A stretch of DNA of 22,871 nucleotides from a plasmid. Numbering within the stretch: position 1 is the first letter of the stretch; every line of letters begins with the position of its first letter. This document shows, one piece after another, positions 1 through 7,705 of this stretch. The DNA is taken from the sequence record NZ_AP024191.1. The stretch is one strand, 5' to 3'. The notes beneath the pieces are model-generated. The model saw only the letters and a program-made list of their open reading frames with translations. It was not told the origin of the DNA and searched no databases. The translations under genes and the position numbers were made by a program.

Positions 1-3000
1 TTGCGTTGGTTGGTCCAGTCGCCGTGGGTGTTTGGGGTGATGCTCTGCCAGTCGATGCTCGGAAGGGTGTCACCAGCAATGATGGCGAGTTTGTCTTCGC
101 GGCTCAGGTAGTCGCCGATGTCGCGGTAGAAGATCTCGCAGTCGCCGGTGTGGTCGGGGTTCTTGACGCCGATGAGGATGGCGACGGTGTTGCGGCTGCC
201 GGATCCGAAGATCTTGCCGCCTTCCTTGCGGGAGAGCTCGCCCGCGGTGCGTTGGTTGCCGCGGAGGTTGTAGACGTAGATGCGGGAGTATTCGTCGGCC
301 AGGGACAGGCGGATGCCGTCGGCGGTGTTGCCGTCGATCCAGCCACCATTACTTACGAAGGCGACGATGCCGGTGTCGCCGATGCGGTCGGTGGCCCACC
401 GGAAGGCGCGCAGGTAGGAGTCGTAGAGGCTGTTCTTGTTCGTCGCCGTGGACCGAGCGGCGTAGGTGGCGCCGATCCGGCCGTCCAGGGTCGGGTAGGA
501 GACGTTCGCGTTCAGGTCGTTCGCCGACTCCTGACCCTTCGAGTAGGGCGGGTTGCCGATGACGACGTTGATGGGGATCTGTTTCTGGCGGATGATGCGG
601 TCGTTGTTCTGCGGGAACATCACCGAGTCGAGGCTGTCGCCGTCTTCGGTGATCTGGAAGGTGTCGGCGAGCACGATCCCCTCGAACGGCGTGTACTCCG
701 CCGCACCTTCGCTGCCGATGATCGCGTGGTAGGTGGATTCGATGTTCACCGCGGCGATGTAGTAGGCGAGGAGCATGATCTCGTTGGCGTGCAGTTCTTC
801 GGTGTACTTGCGCGCCAGGTCTTCCGGGAAGATGTGTTCCTGCAGGAGCCGGGTGAGGAATGTGCCGGTGCCGGTGAACGGATCCAGGATGTGGACGCCT
901 TCACTGGTCAGGCCCCGACCGAACGCGTCCTTCGAGGCTTGGTCGGCGGCACGGAGGATGAAGTCGACGACCTCGACCGGGGTGTAGACGATCCCGAGGG
1001 CTTCGGACTGCTTGCGGAAGCCGAGGCGGAAGAACTTCTCGTAGAGTTCGGCGATCACCTTCTGCTTGCCGTCGGCGGTGGTCACCTCGGCGGCGCGGGT
1101 GCGGACGGAGGCGTAGAAGCCGTCGAGTTTCGCGGTTTCGGCCTCCAATCCGGAGTCGCCAAGGGTGCCGACCATCGCCTCCATCACCTTCGAGACGGGG
1201 TTGTGGGAGGCGAAGTCGTGTTCGGCGAACAGGGCGTCGAACACCGGCTTGGTGATCAGATGCTGCGAAAGCATGCTGATCGCGTCATCGCGGGTGATGG
1301 AGTCGTTGAGGTTATCCTTCAGGCCCTGATGGAACTTCTCGAACGCGGCCGCCACCTCGGGCGACGCCCCCGCCAGCAAGGCCTTGATGCGGGTGATCTG
1401 GGCGGCGGCGATGTCGGCGACGTCGGCGGCCCAGTCTTCCCAGTAGGCGCGGGTGCCGACCTTGTCGACGATCTTCGCGACGATCGCTTCCTGCCACTCC
1501 GACAGCGAGAACAACGCCATCTGCGTCGCCATCTGCCCACCATCGGTGCCGCCCTCGGTCACAGAACCGGACGCATCGGCAGTACTGGCGGCATCGGTGG
1601 ACGAACCGGCGCCGGCGACGGATTCGTTGTCGCTGCTGACCGGGCCGATGTGGTCGCCCATCAGCAGCGATGAGCCCTTGCCGGTTTTCTTCGCCTCGGT
1701 GGTGGTGGTGTTGAGGGCGATGGAGTTGACCATCGCGTTGAACCGGTCGTCGTGCGCGCGGAGCGCGTTGAGGACCTGCCAGACGACCTTGAAGCGGCGG
1801 TTGTCCGACAGCGCCTGTGACGGTGAGACGCCGGCGGGGACCGCGACGGGCAGGATGATGTAGCCGTAATCCTTGCTGTCGGCCTTGCGCATCACCCGAC
1901 CGACGGACTGGACGACGTCGACGACGGAGTTGCGGGGGTTGAGGAACATCACCGCATCCAGGGCTGGCACGTCCACACCTTCGGACAGGCAGCGGGCGTT
2001 GGTCAGGATCCGGCACTCCCCCTCCGGCACTGGGGCTTTCAGCCAGGAGAGTTCGGCGTTGCGCTGCAGGGCATTGAAGGTGCCGTCCACGTGATGCACC
2101 GAGCACGCCAGATCCCGGTTCGTCGCCGACACCGCATGCCCGTCGTTCTCGTTCTCCTCCAGCAAGTCCCGATACGCATCGACCACGGATGGGAAGACCT
2201 CGGCGACCTGCTTCGAGGCAGCGATGTCCTTCGCGAACACCACCGCCCGCTTCATCGGCGGCTCCCCCGGCGCGAAGCCGGTCCCGTCCGGGGAGCGGCC
2301 GGCACGCTTGGCCAGGCCGTTCCAGCAGCCGACGATCTTCGAGGCGTCGTCGAGCTTGAGTTCGGAGAACTCCCCGGCCAACTGCTGCTGCAGCGGGGAG
2401 GCGACCAGGTCCTCGTCGACGGTCAGCACGATCACCTTGTAGTCGGTGAGCAGGCCGCGTTCGACGGCCTCGCCGAACGACAGTCGGTGGAACTCGGGGC
2501 CGTAGACGGCCTCGTCGTCCATCGAGGCGAGCTCGGCCGAATGCTCGGCGGCCTGGTCCTTGACCTTGTCGTCGAACAACCGCGGCGTCGCCGTCATATA
2601 CAGCCGGCGTGACGCTTTGAGGAAGTCGCCGTCGTGGACACGGACGAAGTTCGACTCGTCCTCACCTGCCAAGGTGACGCCGGTGGTGCGGTGCGCCTCG
2701 TCGCAGATCACCAGGTCGAACGGGTCCACCCCCTGCTGCTGCGCGGCCGCGACGACGGGCAGGGACTGATAGGTGGTGAACACCACCGTCAGGCCCTTGG
2801 CGCGCTTGCGGTGGGCCATCTCCGCGGCGAGGGTGGCCGGGTCGGTGGTGACTGGGATTGCGACATCGACCGCGCCGATGTCCTCGGCGGCGCGGGAGAC
2901 CTTCGTGTCCGAACACACCGCGAACGCCCGCAGATCCAGCTGCGTCTGCGCGGTCCACTCCCGCAACGTCTGCGACAGCAACGAGATCGACGGCACCGCG

Positions 3001-3671
3001 AACAGAATCCGCGCTGACCCGCCCCGCTCGAGCGCGGTGCGTTCGGCGATCTTGAGCGCAGTGAACGTCTTGCCGGTGCCGCACGCCATGATCAGTTTGC
3101 CGCGGTCGTTGCCGGCCTCGAACCCGGAGAACACCGCGTCGATCGCTGCCTGCTGGTGCAGGCGCGGATCGTGCCGCTTCGCCTCCGAAAGCTCCACCTG
3201 CAGCTCACCGGCGGGCCACGCGATGTTCCAGTCGATCGGAGACTCGGCGATCTCCGCCAACCCGATCCGCTGCACCGGAATCGTCTGGTCCTCGAGCGCC
3301 GCCTCGGCGTTCTTTCCCCACCGATCGGTGGTCGAGATGATCACCCGGTTCGTGAACGGCTTCTTCCCCGACGCCGTGAAGAACGAATCGATATCGCCCT
3401 TGGCGAGCATGTGGGTCGGCTCGTAGAACTTGCACTGGATCGCCGTCAACGCCCCGGTATCCCGTTCCCGGGCGACCAGGTCGATCCCGGTATCCGGCTT
3501 CCCGTCGCGGCCCGGCCACTCCGTCCACCGCCACACCTGGTCGTACTGCTGCGACAGCAGCGGGTCGAGCTGGAAGTAGCGGACCATCAACTGCTCGAAC
3601 TTCGTGCCGCGTTCGGAGTTGCTGGGTGCCTGACGGAACGCCTCGATGACCTCGTGAACCGAACCCGACAC
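1..3671 (-). CDS. Type ISP-like single-polypeptide restriction-modification enzyme, N-terminal ~1223 aa (Mrr-like nuclease + SF2 DEAH helicase + gamma-class N6-adenine MTase). Open past the left window edge.
   Basis: Hand translation of the minus frame is continuous from GTG at 3671 to position 1. Nuclease: GIDLVARERDTG...AIQCKFY. Helicase: motif I MACGTGKTFT, Ia VPSISLLSQT, II LVICDEAH, III LYMTATPR, VI QSVGRVMR. MTase: GIVYTPVEVVDFI, ILDPFTGTGTFL, VVIGNPPY. The only minus-strand ORFs the track lists in 1-3671 are in the other two frames, so this frame has no internal stop there, and an edge-running ORF would not be listed. The same frame stays open upstream to a TGA at 4229..4227, overlapping the divergent gene, so GTG 3671 is the nearest plausible start. 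Confidence 0.85.
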   Translation of the reverse strand, partial: MSGSVHEVIEAFRQAPSNSERGTKFEQLMVRYFQLDPLLSQQYDQVWRWTEWPGRDGKPDTGIDLVARERDTGALTAIQCKFYEPTHMLAKGDIDSFFTASGKKPFTNRVIISTTDRWGKNAEAALEDQTIPVQRIGLAEIAESPIDWNIAWPAGELQVELSEAKRHDPRLHQQAAIDAVFSGFEAGNDRGKLIMACGTGKTFTALKIAERTALERGGSARILFAVPSISLLSQTLREWTAQTQLDLRAFAVCSDTKVSRAAEDIGAVDVAIPVTTDPATLAAEMAHRKRAKGLTVVFTTYQSLPVVAAAQQQGVDPFDLVICDEAHRTTGVTLAGEDESNFVRVHDGDFLKASRRLYMTATPRLFDDKVKDQAAEHSAELASMDDEAVYGPEFHRLSFGEAVERGLLTDYKVIVLTVDEDLVASPLQQQLAGEFSELKLDDASKIVGCWNGLAKRAGRSPDGTGFAPGEPPMKRAVVFAKDIAASKQVAEVFPSVVDAYRDLLEENENDGHAVSATNRDLACSVHHVDGTFNALQRNAELSWLKAPVPEGECRILTNARCLSEGVDVPALDAVMFLNPRNSVVDVVQSVGRVMRKADSKDYGYIILPVAVPAGVSPSQALSDNRRFKVVWQVLNALRAHDDRFNAMVNSIALNTTTTEAKKTGKGSSLLMGDHIGPVSSDNESVAGAGSSTDAASTADASGSVTEGGTDGGQMATQMALFSLSEWQEAIVAKIVDKVGTRAYWEDWAADVADIAAAQITRIKALLAGASPEVAAAFEKFHQGLKDNLNDSITRDDAISMLSQHLITKPVFDALFAEHDFASHNPVSKVMEAMVGTLGDSGLEAETAKLDGFYASVRTRAAEVTTADGKQKVIAELYEKFFRLGFRKQSEALGIVYTPVEVVDFILRAADQASKDAFGRGLTSEGVHILDPFTGTGTFLTRLLQEHIFPEDLARKYTEELHANEIMLLAYYIAAVNIESTYHAIIGSEGAAEYTPFEGIVLADTFQITEDGDSLDSVMFPQNNDRIIRQKQIPINVVIGNPPYSKGQESANDLNANVSYPTLDGRIGATYAARSTATNKNSLYDSYLRAFRWATDRIGDTGIVAFVSNGGWIDGNTADGIRLSLADEYSRIYVYNLRGNQRTAGELSRKEGGKIFGSGSRNTVAILIGVKNPDHTGDCEIFYRDIGDYLSREDKLAIIAGDTLPSIDWQSITPNTHGDWTNQR

Positions 3672-3837
3672 CCTGACCTGCTTTCCTGCACACCTCGGCG
3701 CTGTGAACAGCTCCGAACCGATCCTCCACGTTGAGGGGTGAACGTTACCGAGTGACCGGGCGCTGACCAGGCAAGCGCCACCTACAGAGTTGTCGGTGCC
3801 CCCTGGTAGGTAGACCACCAACGGAAGGGGGGCGGGT
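3672..3837. promoter_or_regulatory. Divergent intergenic region between the restriction-enzyme gene and the CoiA-like gene. SD-like GGAAGGGGGG sits 5 nt before GTG 3838. Direct 8-mers GTGAACAG/GTGAACGT are present.
   Basis: Seen in sequence. No promoter hexamers confidently assigned. Confidence 0.35.
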
Positions 3838-5028
3838 GTGCCGCTGCTGGGCTTGGTCGATGGGGCGCGCACGGTCAGCAGCCTGCTGACCGCCGACGAA
3901 TGGGCAGCACTCAAATCCGAGGTCAGACGCAAACGCTGCAGGGTCGAGCTTCCCTGCGGAGCGGTAGGACATGTCAAGACCAGCCGACTCGGCACCCAAT
4001 ACTTCGCGCACAACGCCGGCGGTGACGGATGCAGCGCGGGTGAACGCGCGGAGCATCTGCTCGCCAAGAGCATCATCATCGCGGCCGCGCGCGGGGTCGG
4101 ATGGGACGCAGAACCCGAACATCGCGGCGAAGGCTGGATCGCCGACGTTCTCGCCACCCGCGGCAAGCAGCGGATCGTCTTCGAGGTGCAGTGGAGCCCC
4201 CAGTCTCCGGACGAGTTCCTCACCCGTCAGCAGCGGTACAAGGCCGAGGGCATCCGCTGCGCCTGGTTCGCACGAAAGACCACCGGACTCTCGTTCCCGG
4301 ACCCGGAACTGCCCGTCTTCGGCCTGGCGGTGACCGACGGCCAGGCTCACACCACCATCGAGGGCACCGTCATGCCCCTGGCGGATGCGGTCACGCGGTT
4401 ACTGACCGGACGTATCCGGTTCCGAGACCACCTTGCAAACGGTGAGCCGTCCGAAACCGACCTCGCTCTCCACCTCACGGACTGCTACAACTGCCACAAG
4501 GAGTTCGTGGTCTGGAACGTCCTCGAGAGCCGGGTGACCGGCGGTTGCGGGCGCACCCTCCCCATCCCCGATGACGAGCGGGAGATGTGGGCACAGACCC
4601 GCCCGGAAGCTGACCCTGCGATCGTCGAGACGGCACGGGCGGCCGCGCAGGAGCACGGCTGGGTACCGGCCCGCCTCGGCCTCCGCAGTACCCAAACGAG
4701 TGGCACCCGGTACATGGCCTTCATCTGCCCGTACTGCGGCAGAACCAGCGGTGACTACTTCCTGCAGCAACAATTCAGGTTCGACGATCCCGACGCCACC
4801 GCCACCGGAAAAGGGCCCCGCACTGCGGTCACCCACCCCCATTGGTGCCTCGCCCAAGACGACCCCTTGTGCCGCATCCCGCCGCAAGAAGTCATCGATT
4901 CGTTGCCGCAACCAGACGGCCTCGCCTCCGACCCAGACTTCACGGTCAGTGTCACCCCGGTCACCCGGCAGAACCAGCGGCAGGTAGTCGCTGACCTGTT
5001 CCGGCCGTACTACTACCCCGGCCGATGA
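3838..5028 (+). CDS. CoiA-like (competence protein CoiA family) predicted nuclease with a C-terminal CxxC zinc-ribbon extension
   Basis: N-terminal C..C...HVKTSRLGTQYFAH resembles CoiA_N (C..C...HFAH). AEHLLAKSII follows, then IADVL...IVFEVQWSPQSPDEFLTRQQRYKAEGIRCAWFA matches the CoiA core (IE.Q.S....R...Y...G..V.W). C-terminal CYNCH...CPYCG...HWC...C. Confidence 0.6.
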   Translation: MPLLGLVDGARTVSSLLTADEWAALKSEVRRKRCRVELPCGAVGHVKTSRLGTQYFAHNAGGDGCSAGERAEHLLAKSIIIAAARGVGWDAEPEHRGEGWIADVLATRGKQRIVFEVQWSPQSPDEFLTRQQRYKAEGIRCAWFARKTTGLSFPDPELPVFGLAVTDGQAHTTIEGTVMPLADAVTRLLTGRIRFRDHLANGEPSETDLALHLTDCYNCHKEFVVWNVLESRVTGGCGRTLPIPDDEREMWAQTRPEADPAIVETARAAAQEHGWVPARLGLRSTQTSGTRYMAFICPYCGRTSGDYFLQQQFRFDDPDATATGKGPRTAVTHPHWCLAQDDPLCRIPPQEVIDSLPQPDGLASDPDFTVSVTPVTRQNQRQVVADLFRPYYYPGR

Positions 5029-5127
5029 TTGACATGGGCGCCATATCAGCGTTCAGAGCTGTGTGTCGTCCGGGCCGCTTGCTCCGGTCTTCGTGTTTCG
5101 GCCGGTAGGCTGGCCGTGCTGTAGGAG

Positions 5128-5328
5128 GTGAGGACATTGACGATCCGTCGACCGATCGACGATCGGACGCGCCGTGAACAGGTCATCCGCGCCGCCCGAA
5201 CCACCAGCGAACTTGAGGGTGCGCGCAGCACCGATGTGACCCGTGCCGACCAGGACGCTTACGTCCGCGGTGAGATCGACATTGCTCAGCTCGGGGCCCG
5301 GGTCCGGGCCCGCTACAACCTTGCCTAA
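5128..5328 (+). CDS. VbhA/FicA-like antitoxin of a class I Fic toxin (alternative start TTG 5137 after GGAGGTG)
   Basis: About 63-66 aa. Contains TTSELEG, which fits the (S/T)xxxE(G/N) inhibitory-helix motif. Lies immediately upstream of the fic gene. Confidence 0.6.
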   Translation: MRTLTIRRPIDDRTRREQVIRAARTTSELEGARSTDVTRADQDAYVRGEIDIAQLGARVRARYNLA

Positions 5329-5355
5329 CCTCCCGGGTCTTCGCGGAGATCTCCG

Positions 5356-6000
5356 GTGAGCAGAGATTGCCCGTGGGACACCGGTGATGTCGACGCCAAC
5401 TGGGAGGGCTATTTCCTACCTGACACAGACGTGCTGCGTAACCGGGTCGGGGCCACCACCGTTGCCGGTCTTGCTGCCGCCGAGAACGATCTCGTCGAGA
5501 TCCGGGTGGCTGAGCTGCGCGCAGATTCCACTCCTGTGCCGCGCACCTACGATCTCGTACATCTGCAGGCTGTGCACCGGTACCTGTTCCAGGACGTGTT
5601 TGAGTGGGCGGGAGAGTTGCGCACTGTCGGCATCGAGAAGGCCGGCGAATCGTTCATACCTCCTCTCGACATCGCGCGGCCGGTTGCACACGTTGCCGAC
5701 GAGATCGCTCGCACGGACCAGCTGCGTGGCGTTGCCGACGCCCAGCTCCCGGACCGCCTTGCCTACCTGTACGACTACATCAACTTCGCGCACCCGTTCC
5801 GCGAGGGCAACGGCCGCACCCAGCGGGAGTTCTTCGACCAGCTGATGTCCGAGTCCGGTCGAGGTTTGGCCTGGAATCTGATCGGCAAGACCGAGCTGCA
5901 CCACGCGTGCCACGTCGCTCGAGCCGCCGGTGATCTCGAACCGCTATGCACAATGTTCGCGCGCATCGTCGACAACGAACCCGCCTACCTCTACCCCTGA
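5356..6000 (+). CDS. fic: Fic/Doc-family (Fido) protein, toxin of a FicT/FicA-type module
   Basis: Canonical Fic motif HPFREGNGRTQREF (HxFx(D/E)GNGRxxR). Size 214 aa. Preceded by a small antitoxin-like gene. Confidence 0.85.
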   Translation: MSRDCPWDTGDVDANWEGYFLPDTDVLRNRVGATTVAGLAAAENDLVEIRVAELRADSTPVPRTYDLVHLQAVHRYLFQDVFEWAGELRTVGIEKAGESFIPPLDIARPVAHVADEIARTDQLRGVADAQLPDRLAYLYDYINFAHPFREGNGRTQREFFDQLMSESGRGLAWNLIGKTELHHACHVARAAGDLEPLCTMFARIVDNEPAYLYP

Positions 6001-6093
6001 CCTTCGCTCCGATCACAGCTGTAGTGAACCGGTCGGCTCCAAGCCAGTCCTTGACCGGGTCCGCCAGGAGGCGGCGCTTCCAGCCCACAAGTT

Positions 6094-6136
6094 ACGGTAA
6101 TACAGCTTTACAGCTGCTGTAGAGCTGTATTACCGT
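6094..6136. repeat. 43-bp near-perfect palindrome (14-bp arms ACGGTAATACAGCT / AGCTGTATTACCGT around an inner palindrome TACAGCtGCTGTA). Putative par centromere/operator.
   Basis: Reverse complement done by hand: 3 mismatches over 43 bp. Located 42 bp upstream of parA. Confidence 0.7.
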
Positions 6137-6177
6137 CATTACGGTTCTACGGTTCCGCGAAAGGGGCATTCTTCAGG

Positions 6178-6765
6178 ATGATCATCAGCACGGTGAACAC
6201 GAAGGGTGGGACGGCGAAGTCTACGACGTCGATCTACCTGGCCACGGCTTACAGCCGACTCGGTAAGCGTGCGGTTGTGTTGGATTTGGACAAGCAGGGG
6301 TCTGCTACAGACTGGGCCGATCGGGCATCGGAGAACGATGACCCTTTGCCCTTCCCGGTTCATGTGGCGAACATGAAGCGACTTTCCAAGTACGCGGAAT
6401 CGACCGAGTACGACGTGATCCTGATCGACACCCCGCCCGGGGACAGTCAGGTGATTGACGCCGCCATCGCTGTCTCCGATTTCGTGATCCTGCCGACTCA
6501 AGCAACCGGCCTGGACACCGCGCGGGTGTGGGAGACGTTGCCAGCGGTGAAGGACCGGATCCCCTACGGCGTCCTCATCACATCCGCCCGGCTCAACACC
6601 AACCTGCTGGAGAACGCGAAAGCAGCATTCGACGACAACGACATCTCCCGCTTCGACACGGTCATCCCCATGCGAGAACGCATCCGGACCACCTTCGGTT
6701 GGACGCCAACCCATGACGACGGGTACGCCGACGTGATCAAGGAGATCGAGGAGGCACTTGCATGA
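6178..6765 (+). CDS. parA: ParA-family partition ATPase
   Basis: Deviant Walker A KGGTAKSTTS, then the DLDKQG and ILIDTPP motifs. 195 aa. Confidence 0.85.
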   Translation: MIISTVNTKGGTAKSTTSIYLATAYSRLGKRAVVLDLDKQGSATDWADRASENDDPLPFPVHVANMKRLSKYAESTEYDVILIDTPPGDSQVIDAAIAVSDFVILPTQATGLDTARVWETLPAVKDRIPYGVLITSARLNTNLLENAKAAFDDNDISRFDTVIPMRERIRTTFGWTPTHDDGYADVIKEIEEALA

Positions 6766-7013
6766 GTCTGAACAAACCGAAGGGAAACCTCGGTCCGAGG
6801 AAGCCCCTGAACACTCCGTCCGAACCGACACCCTCCCCGGCGCCGTCCGTCGCGGCCGGCTTCATCGAGCCTGCTCGTACGAAGCTGACCGTGCACATCG
6901 ATGAGGATCTTCACCGTCGATTCAAGTCGACAGTGGCAGCCAGCGGTCAGACGATGCGCGCCGTCGTCGAAGAGGTTCTCGAGGACTGGGTCAGGCGGAA
7001 CGCCGCCTCCTGA
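6762..7013 (+). CDS. Ribbon-helix-helix partition/centromere-binding protein (ParG/CopG-like)
   Basis: ATGA overlap with the parA stop. C-terminal KLTVHIDEDLHRRFKSTVAASGQTMRAVVEEVLEDWV has an RHH fold signature. Confidence 0.6.
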   Translation: MSLNKPKGNLGPRKPLNTPSEPTPSPAPSVAAGFIEPARTKLTVHIDEDLHRRFKSTVAASGQTMRAVVEEVLEDWVRRNAAS

Positions 7014-7078
7014 CAGGGGGGCTTTAGAAGGTCGCTCAAACCGTGCTCAAACTAGGAAAAAATTGTCTTTGACCAGCG

Positions 7079-7118
7079 AAGCTGTATAGCTGTAACTGTA
7101 TATACAGCTATACAGCTT
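7079..7118. repeat. Inverted repeat with 16-bp perfect arms AAGCTGTATAGCTGTA / TACAGCTATACAGCTT and an 8-bp spacer. Carries the same AGCTGTA/TACAGCT heptads as the element upstream of parA.
   Basis: Seen in sequence. Lies 65 bp downstream of the RHH gene. Confidence 0.7.
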
Positions 7119-7156
7119 GCTGTGCAGGGTTGGCCACGGCTGTCCTCGGCAGTTGG

Positions 7157-7312
7157 TCAGTGCGGCCGCCGCGGCTTGATGCGGCCAGCCTTCTCCCAGT
7201 CCGAGTTCGGGATGTCAGGGTCGTCCAACGCGGCCCGTTCGATCTGTTCGGCGAACGCGCGCAGGGCGTTAGCGACAGCGAGAACGTTGACTTGGCCGTC
7301 GAGCCAGATCAC
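7157..7312 (-). CDS. Possible small ORF (51 aa from GTG 7312), in frame with and directly behind the repB stop codon. The coding-like third-position GC extends further 5' than the GTG.
   Basis: Hand translation ...DYAFVFAQKGYASPPVIWLDGQVNVLAVANALRAFAEQIERAALDDPDIPNSDWEKAGRIKPRRPH*. Codon third positions are strongly G/C. No canonical start with an SD. Confidence 0.25.
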   Translation of the reverse strand: MIWLDGQVNVLAVANALRAFAEQIERAALDDPDIPNSDWEKAGRIKPRRPH

Positions 7313-7411
7313 CGGAGGACTGGCGTAGCCCTTCTGCGCGAAGACGAAGGCGTAGTCCCGTAGGTCGTGATCGGTTCGAACTCGCGGTGGAACCGGCGGA
7401 GTTCCTCGTCC

Positions 7412-7705
7412 TCAGCAGGCGTCACGGACGGAGCTCTCCCTCTCTTCGAGCTTGCGCGCATCGTGCAGGATGCGGCCGACTGCGCCGGTGGAGATACCCA
7501 TCTCTTCGGCGATGTCCTTGTACTTCATCCCCTGTCTGCGTAGGGCGACGACGCGGTCTCGCCGAACCTTTGCACGTTCGAGGAACTCGTCGCGGGGCTC
7601 GGCGATGAGCCGGCGGGCAGTGCGCTCGGATGAGCCGAGACGTTCTGCGAGTTCTCGGGCGGTGATGGACCGGCGTTGCGGGGCGCGGGCTGCACCTGTG
7701 CTCAT
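7412..7705 (-). CDS. repB: RepB-like small HTH DNA-binding protein (sigma-70 region-4-like), coupled to repA
   Basis: 97 aa. LRRQGMKYKDIAEEMGISTGAVGRILHDARK has an HTH. Its ATG overlaps the repA TGA (ATGA). The track's 420-aa ORF 7412..8674 is this gene fused to an antisense run-on. Confidence 0.6.
   Translation of the reverse strand: MSTGAARAPQRRSITARELAERLGSSERTARRLIAEPRDEFLERAKVRRDRVVALRRQGMKYKDIAEEMGISTGAVGRILHDARKLEERESSVRDAC

Noticed and set aside
6-1673. 555-aa plus-strand ORF (V/G/A/D-rich)
   Set aside because: It is antisense to the hand-verified restriction-enzyme gene. Its composition is typical of stop-poor antisense frames in high-GC DNA, and it has no motifs.
1312-3729. Arg/Pro-rich minus-strand ORFs in the other two frames (1312..2106, 2662..3084, 3205..3729) and the plus-strand ORFs 2091..3734
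   Set aside because: Wrong frames of the restriction-enzyme gene. The true frame was confirmed by continuous helicase and MTase motifs.
3745-4350. 201-aa minus-strand ORF overlapping the CoiA-like gene
   Set aside because: Antisense to a gene with clear CoiA-family motifs and an SD. Arg/Gly-rich junk composition.
7122-7363. Plus-strand ORFs 7122..7328 and 7130..7363
   Set aside because: The minus-strand frame in the same region shows a much stronger codon third-position GC bias. The plus-strand products are low complexity.
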